Shown here one piece after another: positions 9,661 to 18,611 of a stretch of 64,000 nt of DNA. Position 1 is the first letter of the stretch, and the number at the start of each line of letters is the position of its first letter. Made by a program: the position numbers and the translations under genes. Source of the DNA: Candidatus Eiseniibacteriota bacterium. Its GTDB lineage: Bacteria; Eisenbacteria; RBG-16-71-46. The stretch is from assembly GCA_963707915.1 (NCBI GenBank), contig OY970178.1, positions 128,001-192,000 on the forward strand, in the 5' to 3' direction. The notes under the pieces were generated by a model that saw only the letters and a program-made list of their open reading frames with translations, ran no database searches and had not been told where the DNA came from.

Positions 9661-10743
9661 ATGCCTCGTCTCATCATTCTCGCGCTCGTCCTGCCGGCCC
9701 TTCTGGCGGGCGCGGCGGCCCCGGCCCACGCGGGCTCGAACGGCCGCAAGGGAACCGAAGGGGCTCAGGAGCTGCTCATCCCCGTGGGGCCGCGCGGCGA
9801 GGCCCTCGGAGGGGCGGTCGTGGCGGATGTCAGCGGGGTGGAGGCGATGTTCTGGAACCCGGCCGGTCTGGGGGCGTTGACCAAGACCGAGGCCCTGTTC
9901 ACGCACACCCAGTACTTCGCGGACATGAAGCTGAACTTCATCGGCGTCGGCGCCCACTTCGGCAACTTCGGCACGCTGGGCTTCGCGGCCAAGGTGCTCT
10001 CGATCGGGGACGTCATCGTGACCACCGAGACCGCACCGGAGGGCACCGGCGAGATCGCCCAGCCCACGTTCGCGGTGCTGGGGCTGAGTTGGGCCCGGCA
10101 GTTCACCGACCGCGTCCTGTTCGGCGTGACCGGGAACCTGGTGAGCGAGCGCATCATCACGATGAGCGCCACGGGGGTGGCGTTCGATTTCGGGGTGCAG
10201 TACCTGACCGGCTGGCACGGTCTGAAGCTGGGCATGGTGATGAAGAACTTCGGCCCCGGCATGACCTTCAGCGGTCCCGGGGCGGAGGCCAGCATCCTCG
10301 CGCCCGGCCAGGACCCGACCGCCGCGCCCCGCATCTTCACCTCGGAGACCGCGGCCTTCGACCTGCCTTCGTATTTCACGATGGGGGCCTCCGGCAACGT
10401 CTACAGCACGCCCGCGGCCCGGGTGACGCTGCTCGGCGCGCTGCAGAACAACAACTACCAGGGGAACGCCGTCCGGGCCGGCGTGGAGTGCGGATACCGC
10501 GACCTGGTCACCGTGCGCGGGTCGTACTACGGCAGCTTCGTGGGAAGGACGGATCCCATCACCGCCCTCGACCAGTCGAAGTTTATGGGCGGTGACGACC
10601 TCTACACCGGCTTCGCGGCGGGGGTCGGGCTGAAGGTCCGCACCGGCGACACCGGTCACATGGGTGTGGACTTCACCTGGCGGCCGGTCCGCGCCGGGCT
10701 GTTCGACGACATCATCGACGTCGGCGTGAGCCTGGCCTTCTAG
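9661..10743 (+). CDS. PorV/PorQ family outer-membrane beta-barrel
   Basis: GAQELLIPVGPRGEALGGA..MFWNPAGL, AFDFGVQY, NFGP, FDLP motifs; terminal F; alternative start 9628. Confidence 0.85.
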   Translation: MPRLIILALVLPALLAGAAAPAHAGSNGRKGTEGAQELLIPVGPRGEALGGAVVADVSGVEAMFWNPAGLGALTKTEALFTHTQYFADMKLNFIGVGAHFGNFGTLGFAAKVLSIGDVIVTTETAPEGTGEIAQPTFAVLGLSWARQFTDRVLFGVTGNLVSERIITMSATGVAFDFGVQYLTGWHGLKLGMVMKNFGPGMTFSGPGAEASILAPGQDPTAAPRIFTSETAAFDLPSYFTMGASGNVYSTPAARVTLLGALQNNNYQGNAVRAGVECGYRDLVTVRGSYYGSFVGRTDPITALDQSKFMGGDDLYTGFAAGVGLKVRTGDTGHMGVDFTWRPVRAGLFDDIIDVGVSLAF

Positions 10744-10768
10744 CCCGCCCGGCGGCGTCCGGGACGTG

Positions 10769-10805
10769 ACGGCCCGTGGGGAACGTTCCCACGGGCCGTT
10801 CCTTT
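10769..10805 (+). terminator. Intrinsic terminator hairpin (intron target)
   Basis: ACGGCCCGTGGG-GAACGTT-CCCACGGGCCGT followed by TCCTTT, directly before the intron 5' end. Confidence 0.8.
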
Positions 10806-12688
10806 GTGCGCCCGGCAGGGCGCGATGACTTGGAGGTGGAAGTCCTCTACGGACCCTGATGACGGGAACCGTTAGCCGGAGGCAACTGCGTCGCCGCGAG
10901 GCGGGGTGGGAAGGAAGCCCGAGGCAAAGCTCCGGCCCGAGGAACACGAAGCGCATACGAGGCGACGGCAGGTGGGCGAGAGGGCAAAGAGACTCGAAGC
11001 CCGAAGTCATCCGGAACGTGCCGGCGTAGATGCGACGGGTGGATGGAGCGAAAGTCACGCGTCATACCCGGGGAGACCTCGCCTCACGCCCGAAAGGGTG
11101 ACGTTCGGCTGAGCAGTCGGCCCCGAACGGAGCGAGGAGTCAGCCGAGGCCATAGTAGCGGGGCGCACACCCGCGAAGGGCCGAACCAGAGGAGCCGAAC
11201 CGGACCGATGGGTTCGCGACGTGAAGGAGACGCAGGAACGAGGGCTGGGAAGCCCGAGCCGGTCCGGGAGGCAGGCGGCGGAACCGCCGAGGTACCGGAA
11301 CCGGAGCGTCAAGCACACGCGGCACGCAGCGGAGCAGCCGGGGACGAGGCTCGGAGTCTCATCGACGAAGTGCTGCGCCGCGAGAACCTGGCGGTGGCGC
11401 ACGCGCGGGTGGTGTCGAACGGCGGTGCGCCGGGCGTGGACGGGATGACCGTCGAAGCGCTTGGGGCATACTGCCGCGAGCACTGGCCGCGCATCCGGCA
11501 GGAGCTGCTGGGCGGTACGTATCGCCCGCAATCGGTGCGACGGGTGGAGATCCCGAAGCCCGGCGGCGGCGTGCGCATGCTCGGCATCCCGACGGTGCTG
11601 GACCGGATGATCCAACAGGCGCTGCATCAGGTGCTTACCCCCATCTTCGACCCGACGTTCTCGGACGCGAGCTTCGGCTTCCGGCCGGGACGCGGGGCGC
11701 ACGACGCGGTCGTGCGTGCCCGCGAACACATCGCGGCGGGCTACCGGTGGGTGGTGGACCTGGACCTGGCGAAGTTCTTCGACACGGTGAACCACGACGT
11801 GCTGATGCGACTCGTGGCGAGGCGGGTGAAGGACAAGCGGGTGCTCCGGCTGATCGGCTGCTATCTGCGGGCCGGGATGCTGGAGGGTGGAGTCGCGTCA
11901 CCCCGGACGGAGGGCACGCCACAGGGCGGGCCGCTGTCACCGCTGCTGTCCAACATCCTGCTCGATGAGCTGGACAAGGAACTGGAGCGACGGGGACACC
12001 GCTTCGTGCGCTATGCCGACGACTGCAACGTGTACGTGCGGTCGCAGGCGGCGGGCGAGCGGGTAATGGCGTCGCTGGAGGGCTTCCTCACGAAGCGGCT
12101 CCGGCTGAAGGTGAACCGGGACAAGAGCGCGGTGGCGAGGCCGTGGGACCGCACGTTCCTCGGCTACTCGTTCACGGTGGACCGCGAAGCGAAGCTCAAG
12201 GTCGCCCGGAGGTCGGTTCAACGACTGAAGGACAAGCTACGAGCCACGTTCCGGGCCGCCCGGGGCCGCCGCCTCAAGGACACCATCGCGACGCTCGTCC
12301 CCGATCATCCGGGGCTGGACGGCGTACTACCGGCTGAGCCAGGTCGGCAACGTGTTCGAAGAACTGGACCAGTGGCTGCGGCGGAAACTGCGTGCCGTGC
12401 TGTGGCGGCAGTGGAAGCGGGGCCGCACCCGGTTCGACGAACTTCGCCGCCGTGGTCTGACCGCGGAACACGCACGCCTCGGTGCTGGTAATGGCCGGGG
12501 CCCGTGGTGGAATGCCGGGGCCAGCCACATGAACGCCGCCGTTCCGGTCCTGACCCTGCGTCAACTTGGTCTCGTGAGCTTCGTCGAGGAACACCGGCGC
12601 CTTGCGCGCTCAGCTTGAACCGCCGTATGCCGAACGGCACGTACGGTGGTGTGGGAGGCGGGGCCGGTAACGACCCCGCCTACCCGAT
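10806..12688 (+). mobile_element. Group II intron, class IIC
   Basis: 5' GTGCG at 10806; domain V/VI GAACCGCCGTATGCCGAACGGCACGTACGGTGGTGTGGGAGG...CCTACCCGAT at the 3' end; internal RT ORF; insertion after a terminator. Confidence 0.92.
11208..12618 (+). CDS. ltrA: Group II intron reverse transcriptase/maturase, one +1 frameshift near 12300
   Basis: GAPGVDG, IPKPGGG.R.LGIP, FGFRPGR, DLDLAKFFD, GTPQGGPLSP, RYADD; maturase PIIRGW.AYY continues in another frame; no endonuclease domain. Confidence 0.9.
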
Positions 12689-12713
12689 CCTGCCCGGTGC
12701 TCCGCCCGCGCCC

Positions 12714-14189
12714 TCAGCCTGCCAGCTCGCGCAGCCGCTCCAGCAGCCGCACGGTGCCCCAGGTGTCGAGTTCGCAGTAGCGCAGCAGCGCCTCGCGCAC
12801 CCGGCTCCGGTCCGCGGCCGTCAGCGTCTCACCGCGCAGCAGCAGCCGGCCCAGCTCCAGCGTCGCGCTGCCGCCGTCGGCGATCTCGAGCCCCGCGTAG
12901 CTCAGCTCGGGCACGAGCGCGGGCAGAACGCTCTTGAGGCTGAAGCTGCCGCCGAAGGCGGGATGGTAGACATGGTCGCGCACGGCGGGCAGCAGGTCCA
13001 CGATCCGCGACTCGATGTCCCCCATCCGGCGGGCCGTCGCCGGGCCGAGCGCCGCTCCCAGTTCGCGGAGGCGGCCCCTCTCGAAGCTCGCGTTGTACGC
13101 GACGATGGTCGCCGCGCCCGAACAGGCCGCGGCCAGCGCCTCCGCGATCGGCGGCCGCGGGTCCTCCGGGCCGTCGGCCAGCCACGCGACGTGCTCGTGG
13201 CCGCCGCCCGGCCGTTCCCGGTGGCAGCTGAACTGGACCGGGACGTGGTCGTAGGGGTGGCAGCCGTTCCACACCGGGACGGCCGGGTTGATGGTCTCGA
13301 AGTCGAGGAACGCCAGCGGCGGCACGAACGCCTCGAGCGCGCCGCGCAGCGAGGGCTCCACGATCATCCGGCCGGCGACCACGGCGCGGCGCTGACGCGC
13401 GGCAGTCGGGTTGAGGCCCGTCCCCGCGGGCAGCGCGGCGATGGTGCGGCAACCGCCGGCGTCGAGCTCCCAGGCCTGCCTGCCGAGGCGGTAGAGCGTG
13501 CTCACGTGGTGTTCCGGCAGGTCCGCCCAGCAGCGGGGGATGAAGGGACACTCGGTGGGCGCGTTGCAGTGCGGGCCGATCGCGACCCGGGGCAGCGGTC
13601 CCTCGAGCATGCGCAGTTGCCCCCGCGCCATCGCCGGGATGTCGGGCAGCAGGGCTGCGACCTCGCGGGTCACGTCGCTGCGGGCGAACAGGTCGCCCAG
13701 CTCGGGGAACGTGCACGCCCGGTTCAGGTGCATGATCTCGACCCGGCGCACCTCGATCCCCGCCTGACCGAGGACGTGCGCCTGGATGGCCGCATCGGGC
13801 AGGTGCTCGGGCTTGACGCTGGTCGAGGACTTGACCTCGACCAGGCCGAAGCCGCCGCCGCGCAGCCGCTCGAGGATGTCCACCGCCACGAACACGCGGT
13901 CCGCGAGGAACGAGGCCTCGTAGATGACCCGCGCCCCGGCCGCGAGCGCCGCCGCGGTCGCGGCGACCTTCTTCTGCGTCTGGTCGTAGGGGAAGTCGAT
14001 CAGCGTTCCCCCGGGCACGTAGGTGCGTGCCAGCGCCCCGATCCTCGTGCCCTGGTCGAAGATCGCCTGGGTCTGCGGACCTGGCTTCAACTCGGGAGCG
14101 TCCGGCTCGTGCACGCGCCACCAGAGCTGCCTGGCGCACTGCAGGCCGCTGGTGAAGCGGGACTTGGAGAGACGCGGCGCGTGGCTCAT
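12714..14189 (-). CDS. DUF2779-type protein: PD-(D/E)XK nuclease with Cys cluster plus RNase H-like domain
   Basis: LSKS..GLQC, VDILE..VEVKS, HCNAPTECPFIPRC, FLDFET, VPVQFS, AYNASFE, GSFSLKSVLP, YCELDT. Confidence 0.8.
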   Translation of the reverse strand: MSHAPRLSKSRFTSGLQCARQLWWRVHEPDAPELKPGPQTQAIFDQGTRIGALARTYVPGGTLIDFPYDQTQKKVAATAAALAAGARVIYEASFLADRVFVAVDILERLRGGGFGLVEVKSSTSVKPEHLPDAAIQAHVLGQAGIEVRRVEIMHLNRACTFPELGDLFARSDVTREVAALLPDIPAMARGQLRMLEGPLPRVAIGPHCNAPTECPFIPRCWADLPEHHVSTLYRLGRQAWELDAGGCRTIAALPAGTGLNPTAARQRRAVVAGRMIVEPSLRGALEAFVPPLAFLDFETINPAVPVWNGCHPYDHVPVQFSCHRERPGGGHEHVAWLADGPEDPRPPIAEALAAACSGAATIVAYNASFERGRLRELGAALGPATARRMGDIESRIVDLLPAVRDHVYHPAFGGSFSLKSVLPALVPELSYAGLEIADGGSATLELGRLLLRGETLTAADRSRVREALLRYCELDTWGTVRLLERLRELAG

Positions 14190-14217
14190 GCGGGACGGCG
14201 GCCGCCGGCGTTCCGCC

Positions 14218-15330
14218 CTACCGGCCCGACGTCTTCATCACCTTCCGCACCACGTTCGTCCCGGGGCCGCGGAGGCGCACGAAGTAGAGCCCGGGTCCGA
14301 CCGCCTCGTGCGTGCCGCCGGGGTGCCACGTGACGACGCCCTCGCCCGCGACGCCGTCCGCGAGTCGTGCCACGCGCGCGCCGCGCACGTCGAACACCTC
14401 CACGCTCAGCGGGCCCCCGCCGGCATACTCGACCGTCAGCTCGTCCCGGTCGCGCCCGAGGGGCGAGGGATAGGCGAGCAGGCCGGAGCCGAGGGGTGCC
14501 CGCCCGGCGTTCACCCAGGCGGTGGTGACGAGCGAAGCGGTCAGCACGCTGGCCGTGTCGAGCCGTGCCTGCGTCAGGGTGTGCGTGCCGCTCCACAGCG
14601 ACGCGTAGTAGTACGAGTCGTAGGCCCCGGAGGAAGCCCTCCGGGCTTCGTCGTCCGCTGCCAGGATGGGGCTCACGCCGGCCCACGAGGCGGCGATGAG
14701 GTCGAACGCCGCGTCCAGCGCGCTCGGGCAGAACACGGCGGTCATCGCCGGGGTGTCCAGCTGGCCGAGGTACGTGGTGATCATGTCGCTCTCGTAGCGC
14801 GAGTGGATCCCGTTGTTGCCGGTGCGCTGGCCGTCGAAGTTCACGGTGCAGTGGAGCGGATGGCTGGCGTCGCCCACGTAGTGGCAGAGGTCGGCGATGG
14901 TCAGCGCGGCGGCGTCCCACTGCTGCGCCCGGAACTGCGCGGTGAGCGTCCCCACGGCCTCGCCGATCGCCCAGGGCAGCACGCCTTCGTCGGCGACGGT
15001 CGCGGCGCCGTACAGCGCCTCCAGCGCGGCCCGGCTGCGCGGCAGGGTCCCGGCCAGGAACTCGGGGTAGTAGTCGATGTCGATGTAGTGCTTCTCGCTC
15101 TCGCCCGGCGTGGAGCCCTTGCGCGTGTCGGGATCGGTGACGTGCGCATCCACCTCGCCGTCGTACGCGCGCAGCGTGCCCAGGGAGTCGGGCAGGTGCT
15201 GCGAGTAGTGCTGCGCGATGTAGTGGTGGGCGGTCGAGCCCCAGGTCCAGCCGGTCGAGGGCAGGACCGCGCAGAGGAGGGCGGCGAGGCCCGCGACGAG
15301 GATGTGCGGCCTACGGATCGATCTGGGCAT
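14218..15330 (-). CDS. Secreted S1/P1 nuclease / Zn-dependent phospholipase C with C-terminal FlgD/T9SS-type domain (copy 1)
   Basis: Signal peptide then WGSTAHHYI, HYIDID, HYVGDASHPLH, GIHSRYES; C-terminal VFDVRGARV...PGLYFVRL. Confidence 0.82.
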   Translation of the reverse strand: MPRSIRRPHILVAGLAALLCAVLPSTGWTWGSTAHHYIAQHYSQHLPDSLGTLRAYDGEVDAHVTDPDTRKGSTPGESEKHYIDIDYYPEFLAGTLPRSRAALEALYGAATVADEGVLPWAIGEAVGTLTAQFRAQQWDAAALTIADLCHYVGDASHPLHCTVNFDGQRTGNNGIHSRYESDMITTYLGQLDTPAMTAVFCPSALDAAFDLIAASWAGVSPILAADDEARRASSGAYDSYYYASLWSGTHTLTQARLDTASVLTASLVTTAWVNAGRAPLGSGLLAYPSPLGRDRDELTVEYAGGGPLSVEVFDVRGARVARLADGVAGEGVVTWHPGGTHEAVGPGLYFVRLRGPGTNVVRKVMKTSGR

Positions 15331-15605
15331 GGAGTTCCCTTTGCGGCGGGAGGGGCGCCCGGAGGCGTGCATGGAGTGCCGAGGATTGTCCGCGAGGATA
15401 GCATGTCCGGCCCGGAGGCCAAGAGCGCCCACGGGGCGGCAACGGAGCGCCCCGCCCGCCGGTCGGTCGACGCCAGGCGCGGACCGGCGCGCGTTCTGCG
15501 GCACGGCCGGGCCGGGTGACCGCGGGCTCGAACGGACCGGGCGGCCACCCTGGAGCGTGGGTGGCCGCCCGGATCCTGCGTCCCGGCCGAGGTCGCCGCC
15601 AGCTT

Positions 15606-16760
15606 TCATTGCAGCAGCGTCACCCGCCGCACCAGGCTCGTCCCGGGACCGCTGAGGCGCACGAAGTAGAGCCCGGGACCGGCCGGCGCGCCCGAGCTGC
15701 CGGGACGCCAGGTCACGCTGCCTTCGCCGGAGACGTTGTCCGCCAGACGGGCCACGCGAGCCCCGCGCACGTCGAAGACGTCCACGCTGAGGGGGCCGCG
15801 GGCGGCGAAGTGGACGGTCAGCACGTCACGGAACGGCGTGGGGCCGGCGCTCAGCCGGACGCCGCCGTCGGCGATCGGCTGGGGTACGGATACCGGCGGC
15901 GCGCCGCTGGAGCCGGGCACCGTCGGTTGGCCGGCGTCCACCCAGGCGGAGTAGACGAGCGAAGCGGTCAGCACGCTGGCCGTGTCGAGCCGCGCCTGGG
16001 TCAGGGTGCGGGTGCTGTTCCACAGCGATGCGTAGTAGGTCGTCCCGCTGGTCGACCCGCCCGCCGCCGCCTTGGCGGCGGTGTCCGCCGTGAGGATCGG
16101 GCTCACGCCGGCCCACGAGGCGGCGATCACGTCGAACGCCGCGTCCTGGGCGCTCGGGTAGTACGCGACGGTCATCGCCGGGGTGTCCAGCTGGCCGAGG
16201 TAGGTGGTGATCAGGTTGCTCTCGTGGCGCGAGTGGATGCCGGTGTTGCCGGTGAGCTGGCCGTTGTAGTTGACGGTGCAGTGCAGCGGCTGGTTGGCGT
16301 CGCCCACGTAGTGACACAGGTCGGCGATGGTCAGCGAGGCGGCGCTCCAGTTCAGCGCCTGGAACTGCGTGGTGAGCGTGTTCACCGAGGCGACGATGGC
16401 CCAGGGCAGCACGCCTTCGCCCAGCACGATGGCCGGGCTGTAGAGCGCCTCGAGCGCCGCCCGGTCGCGCGGCAGGGTGCCGGCGAGGAACTCGGGGTAG
16501 TAGTCGATGTCGATGTAGTGCTTGTCGCTCTCGCCGGGCGTGGAGCCCTTGCGGGTGTCGGGGTCGGTCACGTGCGCGTCCACGGTGGCGTCGTAGCTGC
16601 GCAGGCCGTCGATGTAGGCCGGCAGGTGCTGCGAGTAGTGCTGGGCGATGTAGTGGTGGCCCACCGAGCCCCAGGTCCAGCCGGTCGAGGGCAGGACCGC
16701 GCAGAGGAGGACGGTGAGAGCCGCGATGGAGGCGTGCCGCACACGAGTATCGTCGAGCAT
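15606..16760 (-). CDS. Secreted S1/P1 nuclease / Zn-dependent phospholipase C with C-terminal FlgD/T9SS-type domain (copy 2)
   Basis: Same motifs (WGSVGHHYI, HYVGDANQPLH, GIHSRHES); close tandem paralog of 14218-15330. Confidence 0.82.
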   Translation of the reverse strand: MLDDTRVRHASIAALTVLLCAVLPSTGWTWGSVGHHYIAQHYSQHLPAYIDGLRSYDATVDAHVTDPDTRKGSTPGESDKHYIDIDYYPEFLAGTLPRDRAALEALYSPAIVLGEGVLPWAIVASVNTLTTQFQALNWSAASLTIADLCHYVGDANQPLHCTVNYNGQLTGNTGIHSRHESNLITTYLGQLDTPAMTVAYYPSAQDAAFDVIAASWAGVSPILTADTAAKAAAGGSTSGTTYYASLWNSTRTLTQARLDTASVLTASLVYSAWVDAGQPTVPGSSGAPPVSVPQPIADGGVRLSAGPTPFRDVLTVHFAARGPLSVDVFDVRGARVARLADNVSGEGSVTWRPGSSGAPAGPGLYFVRLSGPGTSLVRRVTLLQ

Positions 16761-17021
16761 GGTGCTCCCTTTGCCCCGAGGGGGACCTGGATGCGTGTCC
16801 TGATTGCCGTGCAGCCACCCCAATCGTACCACGTTTCGCGCGATGACTGCCCGCGCGCTGCGGGGGACGGCGACCGGGGCGGCTGCGGCATTGCGAAGTG
16901 CATTCCGGGGAGGAGGGAGCGGCGATCCTGCCCGGCCGCCCGCGAATCCCCTGCCGGCCTCCCGGCCTCTCACGTTCGAGACCCGGCCCTGCCGCACCCG
17001 ACCGAACGAAAGGAACCCCGC

Positions 17022-17420
17022 ATGGAGATGACGATCAGCTTCCCCGGGGGCGCCCGCGTGGACGCCCGGTTCGGCCCGTACGTCGTGAGCACCGACCAGC
17101 CGCCCGGTGGCGGGGGAGAAGGCTCGGCACCCACCCCGTTCGCGACCTTCCTCGCCTCGCTCGGCACCTGCGCGGGCATCTACGTGCTGGGCTTCTGCCG
17201 CCAGCGCGACCTGCCGACCGAGGGCATCCGCCTGACGCAGCGCGTGGGCGTGGACCGGGCGACGGGCATGGTGGACAAGGTGGAGCTGGACATCCACGTC
17301 CCCGCCGGGTTCCCGGAGAAGTACCACTCGGCCCTGGTGCGCTCGGCCGAGCAGTGCGCGGTCAAGAAGCTGATCGAGTCGCCGCCGCGCTTCGAGATCC
17401 GCACCGTCGCGGGGGCGTAG
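17022..17420 (+). CDS. OsmC family protein
   Basis: TDQPP.GGGEGSAPTPF..FLASLGTCAG...AEQCAVKK; RBS AAGGA. Confidence 0.85.
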   Translation: MEMTISFPGGARVDARFGPYVVSTDQPPGGGGEGSAPTPFATFLASLGTCAGIYVLGFCRQRDLPTEGIRLTQRVGVDRATGMVDKVELDIHVPAGFPEKYHSALVRSAEQCAVKKLIESPPRFEIRTVAGA

Positions 17421-17684
17421 GCGCGCGGGCCGCCGCGGCCGGCGGGTGCGGCGCGGCCGTCTCCCGGGAGACCGGCCGGGGCCGCGCCCGCGGCCGGCCT
17501 GATCCGCCTGCCGGGCTCGTGCGTGCCGTTCCCCGCCCCGGGACGAGGGCGGGGACTTCCACGGGCCGTCGGCCATCCACCCCGGCCCCGCCGGCCGCCG
17601 GTTGCCTCCCGGTTCCATTTTCCCCGCACTCCTCTTAGAATGCTTGGCCGTCCACTTCGCCCAGGCTTCCGAGAGGATCCGAGC

Positions 17685-18611
17685 ATGATCGAACAGTTCC
17701 ACCGACCGGCCACGATCCGCGAGGCCCTCGCCCTGAAGCAGAGATTCCAGGGGCGGTCGGTCTTCCTCGCGGGCGGGACGTTCCTCAACTCGCACGCCTG
17801 CGCCCGGTGCCCCGAGCACCGCGCCAGCCTGGCCGGGCCGCGGCACGACCGGAGCGAACGTGCGCAGGGGGCCATGTTCTCCCGCTCCCTGTGCTCGAGC
17901 AATTGCACCATGCGCCCCGAGCACCTCATCAGCCTCGCCGGGCTGGGTCACGACCGGGTCGAGACCACGCCGGGCTCGGTGGTCATCGGCCCGCTCTGCA
18001 CGCTCCAGCGGCTGATCGACGACCGGAAGGTCCCGGCAGGCCTGCGGGCGGCGGCCGCGCAGGTCGTGAGCCGCAACGTCCGCGAGATGGCCACGCTCGG
18101 CGGGCACATCGCCAGCCACCCGTCCTACAGCGACGTGATCCCCATGCTGGTGGCGCTGGCGGCGAAGGTCGGGCTGTCGCGCACCGGCGCCGCGAAGACG
18201 GTGCTGGTCGCCGACTACGTGGCGAGGCCGGTCGCGGGTCTCATCACCAAGATCGTCCTGCCGCGGCCGAAGGCGGCGCGCCGGGCCGCGTGCCGCAACG
18301 CGCGGGCCTCCGCCAACGCGCGGTCGATCGTGAGTGCCGCGGTCTCGGTGACCCGGGTCCGCGACGTCGTGAAGGATCCGATCGTCGTCGTGGGGGGCGT
18401 GGCGGAGCACGCCGTGAGGCTGACCGCGGTCGAGGACGCGCTGGACGGGAAGCGCCTGCCCGGGTTGGACGAGTTGCAGTCGCTGGCGAGCCGGACGGTG
18501 CGGCCCGCCGCCGATCTGTCGGGCAGCGCGGCGTTCCGCAGGTACCAGGCCGGGGTGGTCGTCGCCCTCGCGCTGCAGGACGTCCTCGGACCGGGACGGG
18601 GGCGGTCATGA
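17685..18611 (+). CDS. ygfM: Molybdenum hydroxylase FAD-binding subunit (YgfM-like) with 35-aa internal duplication
   Basis: MIEQFHRP, FLAGGT, RNVREMATLGG, DLSGSAAFRR motifs; upstream of xdhD-like gene. Confidence 0.75.
   Translation: MIEQFHRPATIREALALKQRFQGRSVFLAGGTFLNSHACARCPEHRASLAGPRHDRSERAQGAMFSRSLCSSNCTMRPEHLISLAGLGHDRVETTPGSVVIGPLCTLQRLIDDRKVPAGLRAAAAQVVSRNVREMATLGGHIASHPSYSDVIPMLVALAAKVGLSRTGAAKTVLVADYVARPVAGLITKIVLPRPKAARRAACRNARASANARSIVSAAVSVTRVRDVVKDPIVVVGGVAEHAVRLTAVEDALDGKRLPGLDELQSLASRTVRPAADLSGSAAFRRYQAGVVVALALQDVLGPGRGRS

Noticed and set aside
11043..12618. Retron, DGR or defence RT
   Set aside because: Flanked by canonical group II intron ends and followed by a maturase domain.
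12714..14189. cas4/CRISPR system
   Set aside because: Cas4-like nuclease motifs only; no repeat-spacer array or other cas genes in the window.
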